Below are positions 11,596 to 21,700 of a DNA stretch of 64,000 nucleotides, in pieces (the first letter of the stretch is position 1; each line of letters opens with the position of its first letter). The notes under the pieces were generated by a model. The model saw only the letters and a list, made by a program, of their open reading frames with translations, was not told where the DNA came from and did not search any database. The stretch comes from Macrostomum lignano. Lineage: Eukaryota. The DNA lies in contig NIVC01000268.1 in assembly GCA_002269645.1 (NCBI GenBank), forward strand, positions 310,001-374,000, written 5' to 3'. A program made the position numbers and the translations under genes.

Positions 11596-13184
11596 GGCCC
11601 CCCACTCCTGTCAGATGGTCAGCCCCATGGTAGCTTGATCGTGTGGCGAGCAGTCTAGGTCCTATAGCTAAGAGAGGGACAGCGAGAGACAAGCAGGGAG
11701 AATTTTGAGGGTAGAAATTAGCTAATCCGCAGACTAAGCTAACTCGCTGCCACCAGCCCGTGCGTCCTGGCTCACCACACCGGAACTCTCGAAATCGGGC
11801 TTCCGACTAGAAGGGGCTTTGCACTTACCTGCCAACTAGTGTCTTTTTGCTGTCAATCTCGAAGTCATAGCCGATGATAAGGGACACTGCTGGGACTAGA
11901 TCGCATTGGCCATGCAGGTACAGAGGGACTTGTGCAGGGGATTCTTGCAGTGGCGAGTCTATGGGGTAGCTACATGTACTATATTACATTGCTAAATACG
12001 AAGATATGTACTTTTGGCCTTCAACGCGCCAACTAGCCTCTCATAGCGCTGATGATAGACTAACTCGAACTTCAGAGACCGCATGATTCATTACCCGAGC
12101 CGCTTGGCTAACCTAGAGTGCACAAAGTACATCTCTGGCGCCGATTCTGCACTTCTGGCAGTTTTGCTCACTGATTTGATTGATTGATTGACTGAGAACT
12201 GCCTGGCCATTGGTCCACTGTGACCGGCGCCTACTAGCTTAGCTACTCATCTGAGCCATCGGCGAACAAAGAAATAAAACCGATAAAAATAACTGTTAGA
12301 TTTAACCTTCTCCTTATATCTCTTCGCACCTCAGATTGAATTGGAGTTTCAGACTAATAGCAGTATTATTAAGTGATTTCTGCCTCAGCAACAGCACTAC
12401 TGAACAAAATGAGCAAAAGTGTGCGCCTAATTCAGCGACAGCTACTGAAACAGGGGACAGACAGGGGATCACCCAATCAAGCAAGTCTAGGTAGCCTCTC
12501 ACCCAACCAATCAGAAACTCAACAGCCGGAGACCAGGTAATCCACAGTGACCGAATCGGCTTGATGCTCTGTAGCTGTAGACTCGGGATGATGCTGTCAC
12601 GATCTTCGCTGATAGCTAGCAGGTGATGATCTTCGCTTGATGTTCGCTGCTGTCGACCGGGGGATTCGTCCTTGATGATGATGGGGGGAAGTCGCAATCC
12701 GGGGATCAAGAAACGACGGTCGCGCTCCGGGATGTCTCAAGCTAGGCTAAAGCCCCAGGAGGTTGGCGCAAGTCCTAGCCAGGATGAGGTCCGAGTGGGC
12801 CAAAAACTCCGGTTTAAATAGCCGCCAACTGGACCGCAGTTTGTTATAATGGAACACGTCGATTCTGATTGGCTGAGCCGTTTTGTTAAAATGAGCGCCG
12901 AATTTTCTGATTGGCTAAGCTTGTTGCTACCCAGAATCACGTGACCGAGAGATCCTATCAGTTCCCACGGGGTCGTAAAAAGATGACAGGTGCGGCCATA
13001 AATCACTCAAAATCGCAACAAAATGATTTATGACTTTGTGACGGTGGACTTTTCTTTGTGCCACCCCATTTTTGATAAGTCTATAAATAGACCTGGTGCA
13101 CGCCAGAGGGCGATACTTGTTTTCTTGGTTTTGGCTCAGTTAGGAGCCTTGGACAATCAATATCATTCTTATTTATTTACAAGA

Positions 13185-16100
13185 ATGCAACATGGTGGCA
13201 GCGGTGCGGGCTCGAAGCACCCGTACAACCTGCGTTCCCAAGACGGGGCGCTCGGAGAAGGCTCCGAAGACAATGCTGAAGAAGCCAGCGGAATCCAAGA
13301 TTCAGCTACGCTGGAGGGCGCGAATCTGATGGAGACAATGAAGATGCTCCTGACGCACCAGAGTCAGCAGCTACAAGAAATGACTCGCGCGCAAGAAAGA
13401 CAGTCAGCATTCTACCTGGAGCAACTGGCTCGTCAACAAGCGGAGTTCACAAAGCTCCTGGCCGAGTCTAAGCCACGACCACAAGCAGCGGAGCCCAAGC
13501 TGTTTAAGCTGACGGACTCTGATGACATCGAGGCATTCCTGATGACCTTCGAAAGGGCAGCGGCATCGTGTGGATGGCAAAAGTCAGAGTGGACGATTCG
13601 GCTGGCACCGCTACTGACGGGCGTTGCGCAGAGCGCATTCCACAGTCTGACGTCAGCGGCGAGCGCGGACTACGACTTGGCAAAGGCGACCATCTTAGCG
13701 AGATACAACATCGGCGAGGAGACCTACCGACAGCGATTTCGGTCTTTGCGGAAGGCGCCTGAAGAGACCTTCCAGGTGTTCGCGACAAAGCTGGAAGACC
13801 TGTTTGTCCGATGGATGACAGCTGGGCTGGACGAGGATCAGAGAGAGGAACTGATAAGTGGCGACTCCATCGTCAGGCAGAAAGTGCTTCTGGAGCAGTT
13901 TACGGACTCTCTGACAAGAGGACTCCAGGTGTGGATGCGAGAGAGAAAACCGAAGGACATCAAAGAGGCTGCGAAACTGGCCGATGACTACGCAATGGCA
14001 AGAAACAGCGACAAGGGCGGCGGAACACCAGGACACCCGAGCCAAGAGACCTCTGAGGGGGCGACGGCGTCCAATGCTATGGATAAACAAAGGACGATTC
14101 AGAGACCGCAAAGCCTAAAGCCTAAGATTAGCTGCTTCAACTGCGGAGGCCCCCACAAGAAGTTTCAGTGTACCAACAAGCCCGCCAATGTCCACTTGGC
14201 CTCAGAGGAAAGAGCTATGGATGCTGCTTCGGGCAGGTTCATCACCGGACATGCGGATGGCAAAGAACTGCGGTTCCTGATGGATACTGGAGCTGATCGA
14301 ACTACGATTCGGCGTAGCTGTCTACCTGAAAACATTAATTGGACAGGACATCATGCACTATTGCGCTGTTTTGGCGGCGACCTACACCGTCTTCCAATCG
14401 CTAAAGTGGAGCTGCACCTAAAGGGCTACAATAGAACCACTGAGGTTTGTGTGGCTGACTCACTACCCGTAAGCGCGCTGGTTGGACTGGATTTGATTAG
14501 CCAGCTCAAGTTTGGGGGTGGAGACGCCCCGAGTACAGTGCTTGGCAGAGAGACGCGCGAGGGGGTCCACGGCCAACCCCTCTCAGCCAATGAGAGAGAA
14601 GGGGTGGGTGCGCCGCACCGCCCAATGCCCCAGTCAGAGGGGGACGAGAGGCTTTTCGCCGAGGGCATCGTGGCTAGCGGCCTTAACCAGATCGATCCGG
14701 AGCCGGCTGGCAAAACAAAATCAAGAATAACTAGAGCCCAAGCGCGTAAACAACGGCAAGAGTACAACAAAACGAGACAAGAAACTGCAATGCGCCCTAT
14801 AACATTGGATTACGAGGCGGCCCTACAAGACGACAAGGAGTTGCAAGCAGCGGTACAAACCAACGACTTGGTGAAGGAAAGCCGCGGCAGACTGTTTCGG
14901 CATCGAGCAGCTGGAGAGGACCAACTGGTGCTTCCGAAGGCTCTGCGTGCTACGGCGCTGTCCCAGGCCCATGAGAGTGCATTCGCTGGCCACTTGGGAA
15001 CAAGGAAGACTTGCCAACGACTGGAACAGCGATTCTGGTGGCCAACGATGACAAAGGACGTGAAGGACTTCGTAGCAACGTGCGACAAGTGTCAGAAGAC
15101 GGCTCGAGTCCCAGGCAATCACAAGGTGCCACTAGTCCAAGTGCCTGGAGTGGAGGAGGCCTTCACCAAAGTTATCATCGATATCAGTGGACCGTATACG
15201 AGGACTGCGAGTGGTCACCAGTACATCCTGTCGATTATCGATGCGGCTACTCGATTCCCCGAAGGAGTCCCGCTGCGAAAGATCGACGCTGAGTCCGTAG
15301 CGAAGGCATTGGTGGACTGCTTCGTGAGGACCGGATTCCCGAGGGAGATCCAGAGCGATAAGGGTACTAACTTTTCATCAGCACTGCTGCAGGCCCTGTA
15401 CCGGTGTACCGGGGTCGAGGGCATCCAGTCGACGCCGTACCATCCGCAAAGCCAGGCGTTGGTGGAGAGGTTCCACGGCACTCTCAAGAATATGTTGAGG
15501 AGACTACCAGCTCGCGAGAAAAAGAAGTGGGACCAGTACCTACCGTATCTGCTGTTTGCCATTCGGGAGGTGCCCAACGAAACAACTGGCTTCTCCCCAT
15601 TCGAACTTTTGTATGGACGCACTGTGCGGGGACCGCTAGATCTACTGCGGCAGACCTGGGATGAGCAGCTCTCCGAAGAGAAGAAGGACATCATCTCGTT
15701 CGTGCTGGCCCAGAGAGACCGACTGCGGGCTGGCCAGGAAGCGGCACGGAACAGCGAAGAGCTAGCACGGAAGCGTCAGAAACTCTGGTACGACCGGCAG
15801 TCGCGGGAACGAGAGTTGCAGCCCGGAGATCAGGTGCTGCTGCTGCTGCCATCGTCATCCAAGAAGCTTCACGCTGAATGGCGCGGTCCCTATGAAGTAC
15901 TGGAGAGGTGCAGCGATGTGAACTACCGGATCCGGATGGGCCCTGCGACAAACACGTTTCATGTCAACCTGCTTAAGAAGTACAATTCACGAGAGGCGGT
16001 TTTGATGCAGCTTCCAGCGGCAGCTACGAGTGCTCCTGAGTTGTCCGAACATCTGACACCGGCCGAGAGAGATCGTCTTCTGCAGCTGGTGCAGGACTTC

Positions 16101-17471
16101 GCGGGCGTCTTCAGCGAGATCCCGGGCAGGACTGACCTAGTGGAGCACCGTATCCGGACGACATCTGACCGCGTAGTGCGCATCCGGCCGCGACGGGAGC
16201 CGCAGGCGCATCGGCAGGTGCTCCAAGAGGAGATTCAACGCATGCTGGACCTCGGGGTGATCGAACCATCTGACAGTGACTACTGCTCCCCGGTCTGTCT
16301 GGTGGCCAAGAAGGACGGCTCAGTCCGGTTCACTGTCAACTTCAAGGCGCTGAATGAGCTGGTGGCCTTCGACTCCTATCCGATGAAGAACATCGAGGAC
16401 CTACTGGAGCGGGTCGCCAAGGCCAAGTTCATATCTAAGCTGGACTGCTGCAAGGGCTACTGGCAAATTCCACTGTACGAGGATTCAAAGCGATTGACGG
16501 CTTTCGCGGCCTGCGGCAAGCTGTATCAATTTACTGTGATGCCCATGGGCTTAAACTGCAGCAGCGCGACGTACCAGAGGCTCATGGACAAGCTGTTCCA
16601 AGGGCTGGACAACGCGGACTCCTACATCGATGACATCGCCGTGTTTAGCGCGACATTCGAGCAGCACGTCGAGGACCTGAGGGAAGTATTCGGTCGCCTT
16701 AAGGCTGCCGGTCTAACGGTGCAACCCCGAAAGTGCTACCTGGGCGGCAACTCTGCTGACTACCTGGGTTTCAAGCTCGGCGGAGGCGAGATCGGTACAA
16801 GCGAGGACCGAGTGCGGACAATCACGGCGCTGGCTCAGCCCCGGACCAAGGCTCAGCTGCGATCTGTGCTCGGAGTGCTCAACCACTACCGTCGGTTCGT
16901 GCCCAATTACTCAGAAAAGGTGGCGGCCCTGACGGACCTCACGAAGAAGTCGGCACCCGATGACCTGACGGCGGCCTGGGGAGAGCAGCAGACGCGAGCC
17001 TTCGAGACTGTGAAATCTCTGCTGGCGAGCGAGCCGGTGCTGCGCGCGCCGGACTACAGTCGGCAGTTCACCTTGGAGACTGACAGCTCGGAGACTGGGA
17101 TCGGCGCGGTGCTAACGCAAGAGTTCGAGGACGGCATCCATCCCGTGCTATTCGTATCTCGGCGGCTGACTTCGGCGGAGCGGAGCTACACGACGATCGA
17201 GAAGGAGTGCCTCGCCGTGCGCTGGGCGGTCGAGAAGCTGCGGCACTACCTGCTAGGCCGCCGGTTCGTCATCAAGTCCGACCATAAGCCGCTGCAGTAC
17301 CTGCAGATGGACCACGCCAACCCACGACTCCAGCGGTGGGCCTTCTATCTGTCCGGCTATGACTACGAGATCCAGTACCAGCCAGGCGAAAGCAACACGG
17401 TGGCCGATGGTCTCAGCAGGATCTGGGCTAGTGACCGACCAAGTGATTTAGTGACCGACCAAGTGATTTAG
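13185..17471 (+). CDS. Gag-Pol polyprotein: SCAN-like gag, CCHC, protease, integrase, RT, RNase H (1428 aa from ATG 13185)
   Basis: ETYRQRFR..LLEQF..LQVW..KP..EAAKLADDY; CFNCGGPHKKFQC; LMDTGAD; H..GH..C..C; IDISGP/SDKGTNF/VERFHGTLK; WRGPY; RT SPVCLVAKKDG, YIDD; RNase H TDSS, EKECLAV, SDHKPL, ADGLSR. The start codon is uncertain (13185 or a later Met). Confidence 0.95.
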   Translation: MQHGGSGAGSKHPYNLRSQDGALGEGSEDNAEEASGIQDSATLEGANLMETMKMLLTHQSQQLQEMTRAQERQSAFYLEQLARQQAEFTKLLAESKPRPQAAEPKLFKLTDSDDIEAFLMTFERAAASCGWQKSEWTIRLAPLLTGVAQSAFHSLTSAASADYDLAKATILARYNIGEETYRQRFRSLRKAPEETFQVFATKLEDLFVRWMTAGLDEDQREELISGDSIVRQKVLLEQFTDSLTRGLQVWMRERKPKDIKEAAKLADDYAMARNSDKGGGTPGHPSQETSEGATASNAMDKQRTIQRPQSLKPKISCFNCGGPHKKFQCTNKPANVHLASEERAMDAASGRFITGHADGKELRFLMDTGADRTTIRRSCLPENINWTGHHALLRCFGGDLHRLPIAKVELHLKGYNRTTEVCVADSLPVSALVGLDLISQLKFGGGDAPSTVLGRETREGVHGQPLSANEREGVGAPHRPMPQSEGDERLFAEGIVASGLNQIDPEPAGKTKSRITRAQARKQRQEYNKTRQETAMRPITLDYEAALQDDKELQAAVQTNDLVKESRGRLFRHRAAGEDQLVLPKALRATALSQAHESAFAGHLGTRKTCQRLEQRFWWPTMTKDVKDFVATCDKCQKTARVPGNHKVPLVQVPGVEEAFTKVIIDISGPYTRTASGHQYILSIIDAATRFPEGVPLRKIDAESVAKALVDCFVRTGFPREIQSDKGTNFSSALLQALYRCTGVEGIQSTPYHPQSQALVERFHGTLKNMLRRLPAREKKKWDQYLPYLLFAIREVPNETTGFSPFELLYGRTVRGPLDLLRQTWDEQLSEEKKDIISFVLAQRDRLRAGQEAARNSEELARKRQKLWYDRQSRERELQPGDQVLLLLPSSSKKLHAEWRGPYEVLERCSDVNYRIRMGPATNTFHVNLLKKYNSREAVLMQLPAAATSAPELSEHLTPAERDRLLQLVQDFAGVFSEIPGRTDLVEHRIRTTSDRVVRIRPRREPQAHRQVLQEEIQRMLDLGVIEPSDSDYCSPVCLVAKKDGSVRFTVNFKALNELVAFDSYPMKNIEDLLERVAKAKFISKLDCCKGYWQIPLYEDSKRLTAFAACGKLYQFTVMPMGLNCSSATYQRLMDKLFQGLDNADSYIDDIAVFSATFEQHVEDLREVFGRLKAAGLTVQPRKCYLGGNSADYLGFKLGGGEIGTSEDRVRTITALAQPRTKAQLRSVLGVLNHYRRFVPNYSEKVAALTDLTKKSAPDDLTAAWGEQQTRAFETVKSLLASEPVLRAPDYSRQFTLETDSSETGIGAVLTQEFEDGIHPVLFVSRRLTSAERSYTTIEKECLAVRWAVEKLRHYLLGRRFVIKSDHKPLQYLQMDHANPRLQRWAFYLSGYDYEIQYQPGESNTVADGLSRIWASDRPSDLVTDQVI

Positions 17472-17510
17472 TGACTGACCAAGTGATTTAGAGACTGACT
17501 GAGCGATTTA
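17431..17510. repeat. 20-bp tandem repeat x4 overlapping the pol stop
   Basis: gtgaccgaccaagtgattta units. Confidence 0.9.
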
Positions 17511-18788
17511 ACTTTTATTAAAGTCGTTAGTGGCCAAGTTTGCATTGTTTTTTTGTAAGACATATCCGAACTTTGCGTGACCCTGCGATTGATTTTTGGC
17601 TTGCGATTTTTCCGGCTTCGATCTTTTGGTGGAGGGTGTGACGGTGGACTTTTCTTTGTGCCACCCCATTTTTGATAAGTCTATAAATAGACCTGGTGCA
17701 CGCCAGAGGGCGATACTTGTTTTCTTGGTTTTGGCTCAGTTAGGAGCCTTGGACAATCAATATCATTCTTATTTATTTACAAGAATGCAACAGACTTTTC
17801 GCGTAGGATTGACAGAAATTAATGAAAAAATATACATTAGAAAGCTCTTATTAAATAGAAAGTGAAGATAATGAAGCGAAATTGCTAATCACTAATCCCA
17901 AAGTACTTTTAGGGGTAAAACGCATAGCTGTCAAAGCTGTCACACTCTTGAGTGAATCCGAACAATAGGCTCTGACCTCATAAATCTTGATGGCCTGTCA
18001 AAATGATGAGAAAAAAGCTACCGCCCGCATCCTCTCAGACCATCTGGCGCCCGTCTCAACACTGAGTGAGGCGCAGGTGGCTGTCAGACCAGCTTCGAAA
18101 GCGATGATTTATGACCCAAAAAGCAATGCCTATGTTATTATGACTACTAGTATGGCCAGACATTATATCTAGTATAGATTCTATGACTATTCGCAGAAAA
18201 AGGATAAAAATGCCCCTCGCCCACTGTTAGTAGGCTAGTAAGTTTAGAGCCCATGTGCTAGCGCGGGATTTGGGAAAAAGTGCGTCCTCATCATTTAACG
18301 GTTTTCAAGTATATGCGTTTAACAAATCTATGCACGTCTACACCCTTTAGAGAATGTAAGTATTCTTTAAAATAAAGTAAATTGGTCATTAGAAATTTAC
18401 CAATAAAATATTTTGAGAAATATTTAATTGAGTTTCGGTCATAATGCAAACTCAAATTTAGACTGTTTCAAGGAAAACCGAAAAAATTACAAACCAAAGT
18501 CATAAGTGGCCAAGGCTTGGATAACTGACGATTTCACTATCGCTAATCCCAACTCTTTGCATATTCGTACGGAGCACTACTATACACCTTATTTATATGT
18601 ACATGCTTTGATACTTGTAGTCTAATATTTAAACTTAGGCTTGCAGTAAAAATCCTACCAATCCAGTCCATTCGCTTCGCAATCTATTTGATAGCCATAC
18701 ATAAGCGACGTATCTAACTGTGCACTTTGTGCATAGTTTAAAAGTCATCATTAATTGGCGTCAGAAGTGAATTGGTTATTTAAAAGGA

Positions 18789-21700
18789 ATGGCTGACTGT
18801 ATGAAAATGCAGCAGAGAGATTCCTCTAATAGTTCCATGTCTGCATACTTACTAGATCATGATGAGATTAATGGTTCCAATCAACATCAATATTCAACTA
18901 TTCAAGAAGCTGGAGAAGAACGTAAAACGGAGCAAAAATCCTGCTTTGCACGGTAAGTTTTCCCAATTATTTTAAGTAAATTAGGATTGCTTATTTAGAT
19001 ACTATCTATTAAATAATTATAGGATTTAATGTATTGATATCAACACATTATGCATACAGCTAAATCAAGGATTATGGCATAAATATAAAACTAAGCCACA
19101 CTAATGATCATGAATGATTAATGTAGCCTAGGCCTAGTACCTAGAATATGGATTATATTGGGTTGATTTTTTTAGATTAGGCTAAATTGGGATCTTTTGC
19201 ATATTTTATAGCAAAATGAAGATTCTAACTTCTAATTCAGAGCCATAGTCAGGAAGGTGGCATAGTGTGCGCTAGAATAATTTTTTGGGACAATTTGTGC
19301 GCCATCTATGCACCATTTGTGCGCTGTCTGTGCGCAGTCTGTGCGCCACTCTTCACAAGTAGAGTTTTCTAAGAAAGGCTTTCGTACGAAAAGTCTTTTT
19401 AAAATGTTACGCATATTTGCATTTTAAACAAACTTAAATTATACCTACAAATAGAGTAATGCAAAATTAGCATTTTTAGCAATAATTTATACTAATTTTA
19501 TTTACTGTTGATTTTAAAGAAGCAACAAGTTTATCACTGACTTTCTAGTCTATACAAATCTCCTTTATTTTATGTAAAATTGTTAATTTGCATTACAATT
19601 TTCAGTGCAATGCATGTCAGGGACCTTATGCGCCACAATTATGCGCCGCATGCGCTAGGGACCTCAGTGTGCACCATGATTGTGTGCCATATGCGCCAGG
19701 GACCTCAGTGTGCACCGCGCTTGTATGCCAATGTGCGCCGAGACCCTTTGTGTGCGCGGGAATTTTCCCCCTCAGAGGCCACCTTCCTGACTATGGATTC
19801 AGAGCCTAATAAAATATAAAAATAAAATTGAGATCTCAATTCTCTCTTAGTTGCAAATATATCATATGCCATGCATTCTAAATTTTTGGCCTTACATGCT
19901 TTATACTAAACAAAAGTTTAAAAACTAACTGTAGCAATTATAAAAGACAGACCTACACTTGAAAAAACAGGCTTTTATTTCAACAAAATTAGCATAATTA
20001 TACCATTTAGCATCAACATAGTATTAAAGATATTGAAAAGATATAGATACATACATGCGCAACAGTCGGCCGAATATTTGAACCAAGGAAGTAACCAATA
20101 GTTACTTATTTATAAGTTAGTTACTCCTGTTTACTTGCGTTAATTTTGCTTTTGGGTTTTTTTACATGTAAGTCGCATTTTTGGAAAAACTACGTCGCAT
20201 GTCCGCATAGTTGAGTTGTTATATTATGGACAATGTCTAGTTGCTAAGTCTTCTTTGCATATTCTATTGCCAAGCTTAGCTAATGAGCCAGATCCCAAAA
20301 TATGCTGAAACACTAGCTATCTATAATCTCTTCCTATTGCTAGCTATGCTATCATCTTGCCAATTGTTTTGCTGTATCATAGACTTAGGCCTCTTGAAAT
20401 TGAATAATTAGGATACATTATTTATCAACATATATCAGAAGCTTGCGCATGATCTAAGATCAATCCCTAATGTTAAAATAGTCCATAAGGCTGACTTGGC
20501 TAGCTCAAGTGCCTTGCCTCCAACTAGCCCTATTGGAATAAGTGTAGAAAACCTGCAAACTTATAGGATCTAAAATTATAGCTCAAATGAGTAAAACTCC
20601 TCCTCTAGAGGAGAAAGGGGAAGAACTCCCATCAGCTGAAATTCCATGACTTAAATCCCATCTTCCAAATCATCTCCAAATCCTCTACAATGCATTTCAA
20701 ATACCAGATATGTTGTTTTCCCTGTTTGCAAAAACTCACTGGCATTGTCCAGACTCGACTCTCATGTCTCTGCTCTCATTTCTCATATCTCATATCTCTC
20801 ATATCACCATCTCCTTTCTTATCTTCTATCTTTCTGCCCTCCTTTCTACCATCTCCTGTCTCCTCTCTTTTCTCTCCTCTCCATTCTCTTCTCTCCTTTC
20901 CTTTCTCCTTTCATCTTCTCCCCTATCTTCTCAAATCTCTCTCTTATTTTCTTACTCATCTCTTTTCTCATTGCATCTCTTATCTCTCCTCTCTGCACTC
21001 TCATCTTTACCCTCTTCTTTCTCCTCAATAATTTCTCCTTTCTACTCCTTTCTAAATCTTTCAAATTTACTCCCTCCTGTCTCTTCTCTCCCCTCTTCTC
21101 TCCTCTCTCATATCTATTTTCTCCTCTCTCATATCTCTTCTCTACTTACTTATCTATTGTCTCTCCTCTACCCTCTCTCTTTTCTTTATCCTACTGCTCT
21201 TATTTTCATCTTTCTTATATGCTTTCACCCTCTTCTTATCACCTGTTTTTTACACTCCTTTCTACTACCTCCTGTCTCCTCTCATTTCTCTTCTCTCTGC
21301 ACTCTCATCTTTACCCTTTTCTTTCTCCTCACTACTTTCTTCTCTTAAATCTCTGATCTCTGATCTTTCATCTCTCTCCTTTCACCTCTCTCCTCTCTTT
21401 CTTCTCTTCTATTGCCTCTGTATGCTCTTATCCCTCCTTTCTTCTCTCTCCTGTCTCTTCTCTGCTATCTCATATCTCCTCTCTCATATCCTTTCCCCTC
21501 TTCTCTCTCCCTCTTCATTCCCACCTTACTCCCCTCTTCTCTCCCATCTGTCATGTCTAATCTCTCCTCTCTCACTTCTACTCTCTTCTAATCATCTCTT
21601 CTCTCTTCTCTGACTGACTGAAGATGCCAAATCCATCAAAATTCTCTTCACAAAACAGAAATCTCCATGCAACTGGAAACCATCAAAATCCTCTCCGTGA

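Larger units (their letters stand above)
6261..12247 (-). mobile_element. Gypsy-like LTR element encoding only gag and protease, with discordant terminal repeats
   Basis: An 18-nt perfect tRNA-Leu PBS (11497-11514) sits 2 nt from an LTR end ..CCCATCA at 11517. The same end recurs at 6261. There is a purine tract plus TGTAGC at 6878-6858, gag and protease ORFs between, and a candidate TSD catc/tcatc at 6256-6260 and 12247-12251. The outer boundary is tentative. Confidence 0.65.
13037..17792 (+). mobile_element. Full-length Gmr1-like Ty3/gypsy LTR retrotransposon
   Basis: Identical 156-bp LTRs (13037-13192, 17637-17792; TG..CA), 5-bp TSD GACTT (13032-13036, 17793-17797), tRNA-Leu PBS at 13193-13206, PPT ggtggaggg at 17628-17636, and one uninterrupted ORF. 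Confidence 0.97.

Noticed and set aside
12294-13020. Solo LTR (TGTT..AACA, CCAAT-rich)
   Set aside because: No TSD, no second copy and no PBS or PPT.
13504-16183. Nested antisense and alternate-frame ORFs in the gypsy element and the LINEs
   Set aside because: These are shadows of GC-rich coding sequence.
20690-21613. Hydrophobic Leu/Ser/Phe ORFs (also 34659-35174 and 40601-41227)
   Set aside because: They are translations of CT/GA low-complexity DNA.
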